Of a stretch of 64,000 nucleotides of DNA, positions 1-13,200 are shown piece after piece. The stretch is from the human T2T-CHM13v2.0 reference genome, Homo sapiens. Within the stretch, counting starts at the first letter, position 1. Every line of letters begins with the position of its first letter. The stretch lies in NCBI RefSeq assembly GCF_009914755.1, contig NC_060941.1; one strand, given 5' to 3'. Below the pieces are notes generated by a model that saw nothing but the letters and a program-made list of their open reading frames with translations, ran no database searches and was not told the DNA's origin. Made by a program: the position numbers and the translations under genes.

Positions 1-1075
1 GAAGCAAAACTGTGGCCATTTGGGCAGAGAATTACAGCGCCCTGGGTGTCTGGAGAATGGTCTAAACAGGGAGTCAAGAACTTCTGTTCCAAAGGGGAGA
101 GTGTGGCTGAAGGAGGGTCAGATCATGTCCTCCTGCGGTTGGTACTGCCTATGGCCTTTCTTCCTCCCCATACATTCAATCCACACCCCTCTCTTAGGCT
201 CCCTTTGTGCCTGCCCAAGTGACACCATTGGGGAATAGTGTGTATACAAAACAGCTGCCAAATATATGTTGCCAAAGCTTCTAAAGCAGGAAGGAGGGAA
301 ATACGGATTCCTCACCTCACCTTCCAGATGACCCCCGGCCACTCCACTCATACTTGAGACTGCCACAAACCCTGCTTCTCCTCAGTCTCTCACATATCTG
401 ACTTCCCCTGTTCTCCCAGGCCCCTCACTCTACCTTTGCCTGCTCCCCTGCTGTCATTCTGTGCCTGTAGCCACAGCCTAAGGCCCTCCACCTGGAGCCA
501 TTCCTGGATCATCCTGGAGCCCCTGTCGCATACCTCAGAGCCCAAACTGCCTCTCTTGGAGAGAAGCTGTCAACTGTGTGTCCGGTCCACACAGGACTGG
601 GGACTATTTGGGCCCTGAGGATGGTGATATTTTGAGCTCAAACCATTCCCTCTGGCAGGGAGCCTGGCAGATTTCTAGGGAGGTGCCTCCTCCCCACTTC
701 GCAGTGACAGGGAGGCGGCTTTTGTAGTCAGGCCATCTGCCTTCTCTGTCTCCCCACCTCCCACCAGCAGCCCTTTCTCTAGGCTTGGCAAGGTTTCCCC
801 AAAGGCTGGACTCCTATGTACAAAGGCTCCCTTAGCTCTGGGCAAGGACCATTTTTAGTTTATCCACTTTGACCTCCCTGCCTCTCTAGTCTGTAAACAT
901 CAGAGGCAGCCTTTCCTATATCACCTCTTCCTTCCACACCACAATATCTTCCTAGGGACCCCCTTGGGCTCTCTGGCTCACTGCAAGCACAGGACCGGGA
1001 CCCCATGATAATCCTCCAAAGGGTGAAGAGAGATGCTAACATTTCCTTTGGGTGTACAAAAAAACAGCCCCCCAA

Positions 1076-1398
<323 letters not shown>

Positions 1399-2536
1399 CT
1401 ACTTACCCCACTTTCTTTTGCTGTTCATTTCCTCTCAACAGGGACAGGGGCCGAACTCCCATCTCTGCCCTCCTAGTCCTGAGCCCCAACCTCTTTCTTC
1501 ATCTTGTTGCCTACCTTGGCTAGAGAGAGAAGAGGGGAAGGTGGAAGTCAACCAGTCAGAGTGATATGGCAACCCTGGAGAAGTGTCAGAAAAGCAGCTA
1601 GGCCAGAGTGGGGTAAGAGGTGGCAAGGAACAGGGTTCTGGGTACCCAAAGGGAAGGGAACATTCCTTATCTATCTAGGCTAGAAAACAGTATAAAGAAA
1701 AGTGGCAAGAGTCCAGACCCAAAAACCCAGAAACACTGAAATCGTTGGTAAAGCATACAAGGCACAGAGGGTGTCAGCTTCCCTTCTCTCCATAGGGAAA
1801 CTGAGTCATTCCTTTTCCCTAAGTGGAACATTTTCCTCTGGAAGCTTGCCTGGGTCCCCCCACTATGGGCAGCAGGTGGATGGGAAAAGAAAGACAGTCA
1901 CTCCCAAACACTTATACACAGCTGGCTCCAAACCAGTCTCCTCCTCATACCAGTCACCAAATCAAAATCCCTGCTTTCTGTCTATCTGGGGGAGGGAATG
2001 ATGGGAAAGAGGTCTGCAAGGTGGCTGCACCTCAGGGACTCAGGGACTACCCCTGGATCCCCCACAGTTGCCTGTCTCTGTCTTCCCACTGCCCCAGGAG
2101 AGTGAAAGGCAGAATTTGAATCAACTCTTGGAATAGCTTCCCCTCTAACACCCTGGAGGATGCCTTCCCTCTCCATACTCCCAGCACAAAGAGAAGTGCT
2201 GTGATCCTGAGGCCGACAGTGGCTGGGAAGGGAGGGCAGCCTGCCATTTCCTTTGTATGGCCCCTCCCTCCAGGCCCTGAGAGCTGCTCTGCTTTATACT
2301 TTTGGCTTCCATATCATACTACCCTATCCCCTCCTTTAACTGGAGTGGGAGAACTGCGGAAAGGTAAGCCCCAAACTCTGATGGTAAAGGAGACTTCCCT
2401 GCTCCCCCTCCTCTCCTCTCTCCTGCTGGCAAAGATAGGATGAGAAGACTCTAAGGGAAAGTGAAACCAGAAGCTGGGAGCATTTGGGGAATCTAATACT
2501 TGGCACATATTAAATGCTTAAAAAAAAAAAGTGTCA

Positions 2537-2843
2537 GGCTGGGTGCGGTGGCTCACGCCTGTAATTCCAGCACTTTGGGAGGCCGAGGCAGGCGGATCAT
2601 GAGGTCAGGAGATCGAGACCATCCTGGTTAACACAGTGAAAGCCCGTCTCTACTAAAAATACAAAAATTAGCCAGGCATTGTGGTGGGTGCCTGTAGTCC
2701 CCGCTACTCGGGAGGCTTAGGCAGGAGAATGGTGTTAACCCGGGAGGCAAGCTTTCAGTGAGCCAAGATCACACCACTGCACTCCAGCCTGGGTGACAGA
2801 GCAAGACTCCATCAGGAAAAAACAAACAAACAAAAAAAAAAAA
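2537..2843 (+). mobile_element. Alu
   Basis: Alu consensus; aaaagtgtcag/aacagtgtcag TSD-like flanks. Confidence 0.95.
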
Positions 2844-3144
2844 CAGTGTCAGATTAATGAATAAAATTAGGAGAAACCCTGAAAGACAGCCTGGAAAAGG
2901 TGTCAGCTTCCTTTTCCATTTCTCACCTCAGCTACCAAAAGCAAGACTCAGCCAGGCCTGGTCCCTTCCCTGGCTCCCTCTTTTGTGACCCATAGCAATA
3001 GCGCCTGATGGGACAAAGGGGAGAATTAAGTGGCCACTTTCTCTTACCAGGTAATTGCTAATTTGCCAGTCTCTCATCTCCTGCATCAGCCTCCCAAGTA
3101 GCCAGAACTGAAGGTCTGCACCACAACACCCAGATAATTTGTGG

Positions 3145-3287
3145 GTTTTTGTTTTTGGTTTTTTTTTTTTTTGAGATGGAGGTCTCACTATGTTGCCCAG
3201 GATGGTCTTGAACTCATGACCTGAAGAGATCCTCCCACCTCAGCCTCCCAAAATACTGGTGATGTCAGTCAGCCACCTTGCCCAGCC
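3145..3287 (-). mobile_element. Alu monomer (FLAM/AluJ-like)
   Basis: Left-arm consensus with T-rich tail. Confidence 0.85.
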
Positions 3288-4286
3288 TGCTCTCCAACTT
3301 TCTTTCCTCCATTTGCACCACTCTTTCTGATTGGGAAACCCCTAGGAGGGAGAAACATCTGAGCTTTGAGTTCTCTTGGCTGGTAGTACCTCAGTTTCCT
3401 CTGCTGTCTTTCCAGAGCACCCCCAATAAGTTCAGCTCTGTCTGCAGAGTCTAGAGGTATATGCTGGACATGTCATCACTTGCTGACCTAGGGTCCAAGA
3501 GGTCAAGATGAGATAGAGGAAGGGATTTACTGAGGCCCAGGCCACAGAGCTTGTTCCATGGTGGCTGGTAGAGGGGCCTATCTCCTGTTTCCCCAAACTG
3601 CTAGAGATGTGTAAGGCTTTTGAGCAGGGGTAGAGGATGCTGTGTGGAGTTTTAGCTGCCAGACTTTGAAAAAAACCTCTTCAGAAAGATATCTGGATAC
3701 CTTGGTTCCTAGGGGTCGTATCCTCAAGAAATCTTAGGGTGCTTCCTAGCAACAGTCTGGAAGGAAGGGAGGGAGAGATGGAGGGAGAGAGGGAGGGGCC
3801 TAGGCATGGCTGTTCTGATGGGAGCCCAGAGAACAGGCTGTTCCTGCTACCTCCTTAGCAACGGAAATCTCAGCTGGAGGGGCCATCAGACATATCCTCT
3901 TGGAGGGTCTATCCAGCCTTATTCATGCCACCCCTACCCTCCTCATAGATTCGGGGAATGCTCTGAAGCAGAGGTGGGGAATGGGAGGGGACAGCCCTGG
4001 TGGTGGTGGGGGGTTTCATGACAAGGACGGAAAAGGAGCTGAGGATGAACTCAATCTGAGAAGAGCTAGCAGCTTCAAGAAATGGGTGGGCAGGGTGAGT
4101 GGGGTGGGAGGACAGATGAGGCAACACAGGGACAGTGGCTATACGCCCAGACATGGGCTGGATCCTGGCACCTGGGGAGAGGCCTGCTTTGAAAGCAGTG
4201 TGCCCTTCACTTTGCCCTGCCCAGACCTGTCACCAGTCCATACTGGGAGCCCAAGAAAAAGAGAGAGGTAAAAAGAAGATGGGGGT

Positions 4287-4612
4287 GGCCGGGGACGGTG
4301 GTTCATGCCTGTAATCCCAGCACTTTGGGAGGCCAAGGCAGGAGGAGCACTTGAGGCCAGGAGTTCAAGACTAGCCTGGCCAACATGGTGAAACCCCTTC
4401 TCTACCAAAAAAACAAAACAAAACAAAGCAAAAAAACAAAAATTAGCTGGGCATGCTAGCACATGCCTACAATCCCCGCTACTTGGGAGGCTAGGACATG
4501 AAAATCCCTTGAACCCAGGAGACGGAGGTTGCAGTGAGCCAAGATTGTGCCACTGCACTCCAGCTTGGGCAAAAGAGCAAGACCCTGTCTCAAATAATAA
4601 TAATAATAATAA
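4287..4612 (+). mobile_element. Alu with (AAT)n tail
   Basis: Alu consensus. Confidence 0.95.
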
Positions 4613-6331
4613 ATTTTAAGAAGGAGAAGATGGGACTGGTAAACCCTTGTCTTTGAGTGCTCCACTCTGCCCCTCAGGAAAAAAAAAAAGTGGAACAGGA
4701 GGCACTTCATTTTCTATGGCTCTGGGTTTAGGATTTCAGAAAGTCGTCACCACCCAACATTATAGGGCCTTGCATCAAAGAGAGATATGGTGGGGAAAGC
4801 CAGAATGGAAGAGAGACAAAACCGTAGCACCTTCCTCCTCCCCCTCTGGACACCATCACTCCTGCCCTGATCCAGATTACCGCTGGCCCTCCCCACTGCC
4901 TCCTAGTTCTGCCTTTGTGATGCAGAGTATAAATGTATCTCATGCATTGGGATTCCCTCCCAGCTCCTTGAGCAGCCCAATCCCAAGGGACTAGTTCCAT
5001 ACAGGGTAGAGTACAGACCCTGAGCACTACATACTGCAGCCTTGCTCCCCAGGGTTCCGGCCAAACCTGATCACCGAGGAGGTGGCATCGACTGGCAGAC
5101 AGCCACCCTCAGTGCACCTCATTCCACTCACTGCACTGACTCTGCACACTGCAGCCTCCTGCCCCACACTGCAGCTGTTGCTTGTCTCCTGTGAGCCCAG
5201 ACTGAACACAGGTTCGCTTACTGCATGGAGGCTCCGTACGCTGCAGCCTCAATTCCCCATTACAGCTGCCACTGCACACCACAGGCTCCCTTCACCCATG
5301 GCATGCCCTCAACACCACCACTGCACTCTGCACGCCATAGGTTTCATCCCAGCTGCTCTTCTCATCTCCATGGTTCCAGGGACCCCAAGAGAGGTACCCT
5401 CCCCTCCGCCAAGCATTACGAACTCCAGTACCCCCTGTGAAAGAAGTGGTTCCAACAGCACTGAGGATGCAGGTGGCTGAGACTAAGACATGAGCAAGGG
5501 CAGCCCAACTTGGGTAAGCTGTGGCTCAGAATCCCACACTCGCCAAGTGACTCTGCCCAGTATAAACTGGGCGATTAGCCGAGCAGCTCCCCCTAACACA
5601 CACACACTTACACACACACACACTCACACACACACCCCTCCCCAAGAGCAGACTATGTAGCCAGGGCCCCACCCTGAGAGCCGTGGGAAGGCTGTGGCCC
5701 CCGCTGGTAAAACTGGGCTAATGACAGCAGGGGAACCGGCGGGGCCAGGGGGGTGCTGGGGTAATTAGGGCTCGGCCTGGCGCTAGGAGATCCTGAGATG
5801 AAAGGTGCTCTGGCGTCACTGGGTTGGTTTTATGTCCATGAATGCAGGTGTGTGGTGTGTGTATGTGTGTGCTGGGGGTGGGGCTGGCATGGTGGAGACC
5901 TCTCCTTTGGGTTGGGTTAGGGGGTCCATTTGTATGCAGCCCACCGTCTTCCTTAGATTGACTCTGGTACCATTTGGATTTTTGTGGGAGCAAACATGGG
6001 GGGAAATACCACCACCCGGGAGCTAGGAATTGAGGGGGTATGGCAGATCTTGTCCCCTCCCCGAGCTCAGGAGAGGGAGCAGATTGTTGGGGGAAATGGC
6101 TGGTGACAGAGAATAGAAAGAGCCTATATGGAGAAGGGTGACGTTGGAAAAGGGAGGCAGTGGATCGGTATTGATGTTAGAAATGAGAGGGGAGGGAGGT
6201 AACAGGGAATGAACCCCCACAAGGATGAAAAACGTAAGATGATTGAAGTTAAAAGGACATCAGGGGTCACCTGCCCAGCCCTCGCAGCTGAAGCTTGAGG
6301 AAGCTCTGCCCCCGACAGCAGTGGCGATTTG

Positions 6332-6340
6332 TCAAGGTCA
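6332..6340 (+). promoter_or_regulatory. ERR/SF-1 response element TCAAGGTCA in THRA promoter
   Basis: Exact ERRE consensus; ERR-alpha activation of the TR-alpha promoter is known. Confidence 0.7.
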
Positions 6341-6559
6341 CACAGTGAGTTACCGGCGGAGAAGGGACCCGAACTCCCAAACAAACTACACCTGCAAGCG
6401 TTTGATGTTTAGACTTTCTCCCCGATGTATAAGGTACAGGCTGCTCGTCGATACTTCCTCCTCCACCCTCACGGTGCACACCCGAAAACCCCCCAATTCT
6501 CCCGGCAAGCAAAGGCTATTTTTTAATGACATCTTTTCCAAAATATGTCACCAAGTACC

Positions 6560-7520
6560 CACTCCTGCGGGAGCCGCCCGGGCTGGGGAGGGCGAGTCCG
6601 AGCGGGGCGGGGCAGAGGCGGCCGAGGGGCGGCCGGGCCTCTGGCGGGGGTCCCGGGGCGCGGCAGGGGGCGGGGGGCGGGGGCGGGCGGCGGCGAGGCG
6701 GCCTGCAGGGAGCAGCCGCGAGCCGGCCGGGCGCGCCGAGCCCGAGCCCCAGCCGGAGCGGGGCGGGGGAGGGAGGAGCCAGAGCGGCCGCCGCCTCTGC
6801 CGGAGGAGCCGCGGGGCCGCCACACTCGCCCCCCGCCCCCCCCGCGCTCACTCGCACTCACACCCGGGCGCAGGAGGCGGGCGGCCCGGGCCCCACCGGC
6901 CCCCCATGGACGCCCCCAGCACGGGGCGCTGAGACCCCCGCGTCGCTGCCCAGCCCGGTCCGGCGCGCCACGCCGAGGTAAGGAGGAGGGAGCGAGGGGG
7001 CATTAATATGCAAATGCCTTGCGATTGATTATGCAAAGCCGCGGGGCTCCGTGGCCAGCTCCCAGGCGGGCTAGGGGCGCCCAGGGGGTGCCTGCTGCCA
7101 GCCTCAGCCTTTCCTGGCGCCCCAGTGACCCTGTCACGAGCCCGGGAGCTTGCAACTGACGCCCTGGGGAAGGGAGGTGTTGCTAGGAGGTCGCTGGGCC
7201 CCGGGGTTCGCAGGCGGAGATGGCGTCCGAGCCTCCCCCTGGAGGGCCCGCCCGGCCTCTGTCCGGCCAGTCTGCTGCGCATTCCCGGGCCGGGCCCCGT
7301 TGCCGGCCGCCGGAGCTCCCCCGCCCGCCGCGCCGCGGTTTGTTTACGGTGCGCCGGAGGCCTGCCCCCCCAGCCCCCACCCCTAGCCTCTGAGGCCCGA
7401 GTGGCCTTTGCAAAGCTGCCTCCAGCTGCGGAGGGCAGTATGAGTGCGGTGGCGCGGGTGGGCTTGCACGGGTCCGGGGAGAGGGAAGTTCCCCCGCCTC
7501 ACCCGCCTCCCGGTTGAGCA
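6560..7520. promoter_or_regulatory. THRA: THRA promoter CpG island with multiple GC boxes
   Basis: Very GC/CpG-rich; repeated GGGGCGGGG Sp/KLF boxes at about 6600-6690; no obvious TATA box. Confidence 0.9.
6690..6977 (+). other. THRA: THRA non-coding exon 1 (start approximate)
   Basis: Strong donor CCGAG|GTAAGG at 6977/6978 inside the CpG island. Confidence 0.85.
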
Positions 7521-10266
7521 TGGCTGTCTGGTTGCAACACTGCTAATTGCAAAAACGCGGTTGTTGGGGGGGAATGTGTGTGTGGAAGGGGTGTACTTGG
7601 TGGTGCCTAGATGATTAGGAGAGTTGCTGGCTGGGGAGGAGAGGGAGAAATGGACCTGTGTGTGTGTACCCCACCTTGTTTCCCTCCCCTTGCAACGTGT
7701 CTCTGGTGCCCCTTCTCCATCTGGGGCCCTCCCTTGTCCAGCGTGAAAGAAAGGCCTGGGGGGATGACAGGGGCAATTGAAAGAACCACCGTTCCAGGGG
7801 TGGGGGTGGGGGACACAGAAGGAAAGCCAGTGAGGTGGGAGCCTGCCCCTCAGTGCTGGCTTTGGCTCCAGGAGGGGGAGGGGATGAAGGGGGCTGTTGT
7901 CCAAAATGAGGGGGGAAGCAAAAGTGACACGCAGACACAGAGATATGTCCACACAGACAGCCACATGCACATCCAGGGACACCCAGGCAGACTCAAGGAC
8001 AGGAGCTACTGGACACACCCACATGGGGACAAGGGAAGAGACAGGCTGCTGCTGCACCGTGGAGCTCTGAGGGGTGGGATATACCCATGGGAGACCAAGA
8101 GCATGGGGACCGATCCATGCACATACCCACGCACAGGGTCACACGTAGATGCTGTCACACACTGGGGCAAGGAGGAGTTGCTGTCACCCACACATAAAAA
8201 GTCACTGTCACATGCATGCATGCACACAGAGCAATTGCACACAGCAGCACAATTACAAAAGACCCTGTCACTCACAGGCACACACGTGCTCGCATGAGCC
8301 CAGTCACACAGACATCATTGCTTGCCGTGACAGTCGCTGTCACTCAGTCAGATGCAAACACAGTTACACACCAACACATGTATACACAACTTAGCAACAA
8401 GTATTTTCCTGGACTCTTTACTGTGGAGCTCTGAGGTTCTGTAGGCAACAAAACCCTTGCTCCCAAGAATATTAAATTTGGCTGTATGAAAAAGTGTTCC
8501 TGCGTAATGGTGTAAAGCATGCATTCCCAATGACATGTTCTTGGTCTCTATCGCTTGAGATACCACCCTACTAGACAGTGAGCTCTTGGAGACCTGGGAG
8601 AATCACTTAAAGAGCTCTGGATCCCACGCAGAGCCTAGCACAAGGGCTGCTCTGTAAATACTTGTTAGTTGATTGACTGTGGAACCTGCAGACACAGGTG
8701 CACTCATTTGCACATGGTCCCCTGAACTCAGGTGCAGAATGAGTTCACAAGGCCCAGGTCCCCACAGTTGCAGGTCCACACCAACAGTCGTGTCCACACA
8801 ACCCCAGATACACACAACTGCAGCCTGTGCAGCCGAGCACACACTTAGATGCACACAATCACAAATTTTTCCCCTTCAGCTTCCTCCTCCCCTTTTTCCT
8901 CTAGGCTCAGCCACTGTGCGGGAATGGGCTGTTTTTTTTTTCTTTCTTTCTTTTAGAGGGACAGAGAAACAAGAGCAAAGACAGTGGGTTCAGGGGGGTT
9001 CCAGAGGGCCGAGTCATGGGCTCAAAGCAGTGTCCAGTGACTTCTAGAAGCTAGGATTCTCTTGACTGTTGGGGAAGGGGAGAGCTGCTCTCCTCCCTAC
9101 CCTAAAAGCTCAGGGGTGTCTAACTGCCCCTGCTCTGAGTCATTTGCCTGGGTCTTTCCTGGGAACAGTCAGTCACTTCCAGCTGAGTTCCTGCGCCCCA
9201 CCTTGAGTCTGGCCCTTTTTCCCACCTGTACCCTCCTGTCCAAACTTGGAAGCTTTCCTTAAGAGGCCATCGGCTGGCGAGTGTCTGTGTGAGTGATATG
9301 TACTTTTGACTTGGAATTTCTCTCTAACTCTGTCTCTCTGTTGCTCTGTCTTGCAGTGTCTGATTCTCCCTCTCTCTCTCCTTGTTTCTCTGCCAGTCTG
9401 TAACTCTCTCTCACCCTGTTGCTACCCCCGATCTACCCCTGTCCTTGTCTCAGAGCTGGGGACTGGCAGCAATGTTCTTCATACTTTTCCAGTTGTTAAT
9501 ACCCAAGCTCCGCCCCTCTGCCCCCCCTGCGCAGCCTCTGGGGTCAGCTTGAGGTTGGGGTGGGGGGCGGGGGGCTCAGCTGGCTGCTCAGGACTTCCTG
9601 CACTTCCTTAGTGCCGCAGCTGTGGCCAGCAAGTTTTAGGGGCTGGGAATGGGGGAAGGGGGGGGGGGTCAGCCACTGCCCATGCTGACCCCTCGGGCCT
9701 GCATGTCTGGAGACACCAGTTCTGTGGGCACCCTCAGGGTGCAGGCTGCAGCCAGCTAGCAGCTCTTAAACAAGCCATGAAGAGGCTCCCCCCACACTGG
9801 CCCAAGCTGGAAAAGAACCGCCCCCATGGGCAGTGGCGGGAGCTGGCAGGACCCTGCTGAGTTGGGTCCACTGCAGGGCTCACAATGGCCTTTCTCCACA
9901 CCCCTGGCAGCTGAGGCCCACCTCAGAGATGCCCAACAGCTGTGTCCTTTTTGCCCAGCCTCAGGGCCTGGTTCTGAGGGCACAGCTGCCTAGACTAAGT
10001 ATGTACTAAGCGAGGCCCTCCCACCCGTGAGTGCAGGTTCCAGCCTAGAAGGGGTACCTCTTCTGGAGAGGGAATTTGAGGAGGGGGAACTCAGGCAGGA
10101 GACATCGAGCCCGGGGGCACCAAGCACTTCTCGCTATGCTCCCCTCTAGCCTTGGACTATTTGGAGGTGGAGGCACTTGGCAGAGAACCCACAGGGCAGC
10201 TACAGAGGGGAAAGACTGAGGCTTGGTCTCAGGGAACACATAGCTGGATGAAAGAACAAGGCATTG

Positions 10267-10596
<330 letters not shown>

Positions 10597-11620
10597 CTAT
10601 CAAGCAGGTGATATACCATCACAGCTAAGAACAGAGATGATGGTGATGATCATGACGGCCATGATTGACCTGGACTGCCTAGGTCTGAATCCCAGCTCTG
10701 TCACTTGCTGGATGTGTGACTTTGAGCAAGCGATTTAACTTCCCCGTTGCCTCATCTGTAAATTGGGGATGATCATATCTACCTCATTTAGCTTTTTTGA
10801 GGAAAAATGTTTTTAAAAGTGCCTAGTTCATAACAAACTGTATATGTGAGCGGTTGTGATGGGTGAAGGAAGCTGTGGGCCTGGGGTCTCCCAGATTTCT
10901 TAGAGAAGCTTCGTGGAGAATTGGGTCTCCTAGACATCAGTGAGACTGGGGCCTGGGGCAGTGGGTCTCCAATTTCCAGCCTTCTCACCGTCATGTAATC
11001 TTTTCCTCCCAGACAAATTTTTGCAGCCTGGAATGAGTGTATGGGAAAGAGCCCAAGGCAGGCCCCTCTGCCCCACCCTCCTTTGACCCTCGCCCTTCAG
11101 CTTACAAGGAGCCCTTGGCCCCTCAGCCTGGGACACACCCCACCAGCTAGGGGCACCTGCATAAATCTTTGGGCATCACTGCATCTCTGTTCAGGGTCTG
11201 AGCTCTGGGGGTGGGAGAGAGAGAACAAGGAAAGCCGTCCCCTCTCTTATGTGTGGGCTCAAAGAGGAGGCAGTGCCCTTCCTCCCTCCTGGGAGCCCAG
11301 CATTGGTCAACCAGGACCCAGCTCTGGCTGATAGGCACCAGATTCCCCTGCCCTCCATGGAGTGGTACTTAGTGTGAAAGGTGGTGGCAGAGAGAAACTG
11401 AAGCACTGAGTAATGACCAGTGTGGTGGGCACAGCACTTTGAGATCCAGCATCTGTCCTGGGTTGCCTCTTTGCCTTTGTGAGTCTGGTGATCAGGATCC
11501 CCTCTCCAAACCCCTTTTATTTAGCCCTGCCCCTCAAGGTGAAGGAAGGACAATGGGAGGATACCCTGTAGGGGTGACGGGAAGCCTTTGGAGTGGGAAC
11601 CAATCTCAACTCTAGTTCTC

Positions 11621-11958
<338 letters not shown>

Positions 11959-12949
11959 TCATGGCTGCAAAGGTGTCTAGGGGACTTTGGAGAACTGTTG
12001 TGTCTCTTGGGGAGGGAGGCAAGCATGACCGTGGTGGGAAGATCACTGGCTGGGAGTTGGGAGGCCTGGCTGTTGACATTCACTAGTCGTATGACTTTGG
12101 GCCTGGGTTTTCATTATCTAGAGACAATGGTTCCTGTCTCACTCAGGTTGAGGGCAAATAACACAAGGTGGGATGACCCCTGTGTTCAATCCATGTTGCA
12201 TCCTGGCATGGTGAGCAATGCCTGTGGATTCTCCTTTTTTCCCAGGGCCTGGCACATGCCAGGGTGGGGCATACACATGCTGCCTGGAACCAGAGACAGT
12301 TCTCAGTCTCTCACTGAAGTATCTGGGGCTGGTGTGTGGTGGGGGCACATGTGGTTCCACCTTGGTGTCACTTGGCAGGCCAAAGCTGGGGTCATAGGGA
12401 CCTCCCTCCGGTATGCCATTGCGTGAGGTGGTCCAGAGGGAGGGTCAGAAGTTTGCTGGGTAGACAAGGGAAGCAAGATGGGTGTTACTGGTGCCCAGGA
12501 AATACTATCCTTGCTTCGCTGTTTTGGGGGTGGGCATTAAAGGTTGATACCAAAGCCTCAGCCATGCCCCTCAGCAGTGGCCAAGAGCAGAATGATTGGA
12601 CCAAGCCCCTGGCCCACCTCCTCCTCCTCCTCTTTTCCTCTTCTAAAGAAGAGATCGGCTCTTGGCTCCCAGAGCCCCAGCTGCCTGTTTCTTTTTCTCT
12701 TTTACCAGGCATGGGGGTGGGGAAACAGGGGAACCGAGGCTTTGGTGTCTTTCGGCATTTTTGTACACATCAGTGAGTGGGTGTGTTGTGCACGCATCCA
12801 TGTGAGAGTGTTTTTGTGCATGTGTGGGCTGGGGAGGGCTCTGAATATCTCCTGGAACGGTACCCAGAGCCCTGTGGCTCTGCGCATGCGGGGTGAGTGT
12901 GTGTGTCTGCACGTGTCCGTGTGTGTGCCGGAGACTCAGCTGCATTCAC

Positions 12950-13162
12950 GCGCGCGCTCTCTCCCTCCCTCTCTCCCTCCCTCTCTCTCTCCCTCCCTCC
13001 CTTCCTCTTCCCTCTCCCTCTCTCTCTCCCCCTCCCCCTCTCTGTCTCTCCCTCCTTCTCTCCCTCCCTCTCTCTCTCTCACACACACACTCTCAATCTT
13101 TCTCTCTTCCCTCCCCCTTCCTCCCTCCTTCCTATTCCCTCCCTCCTCCCTTTCTGTCCCTG

Positions 13163-13195
<33 letters not shown>

Positions 13196-13200
13196 GCCTC
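12950..13200. repeat. (CT)n/CCCT polypyrimidine low-complexity tract
   Basis: Seen directly. Confidence 0.95.

Noticed and set aside
6075-6240. Possible alternative THRA first exon ending at AAAAC|GTAAGA (6233)
   Set aside because: Plausible donor, but it cannot be supported without transcript data
6243-8297. Multiple overlapping Gly/Pro/Arg-rich ORFs
   Set aside because: Expected from stop-codon depletion in a CpG island and GC-rich flank
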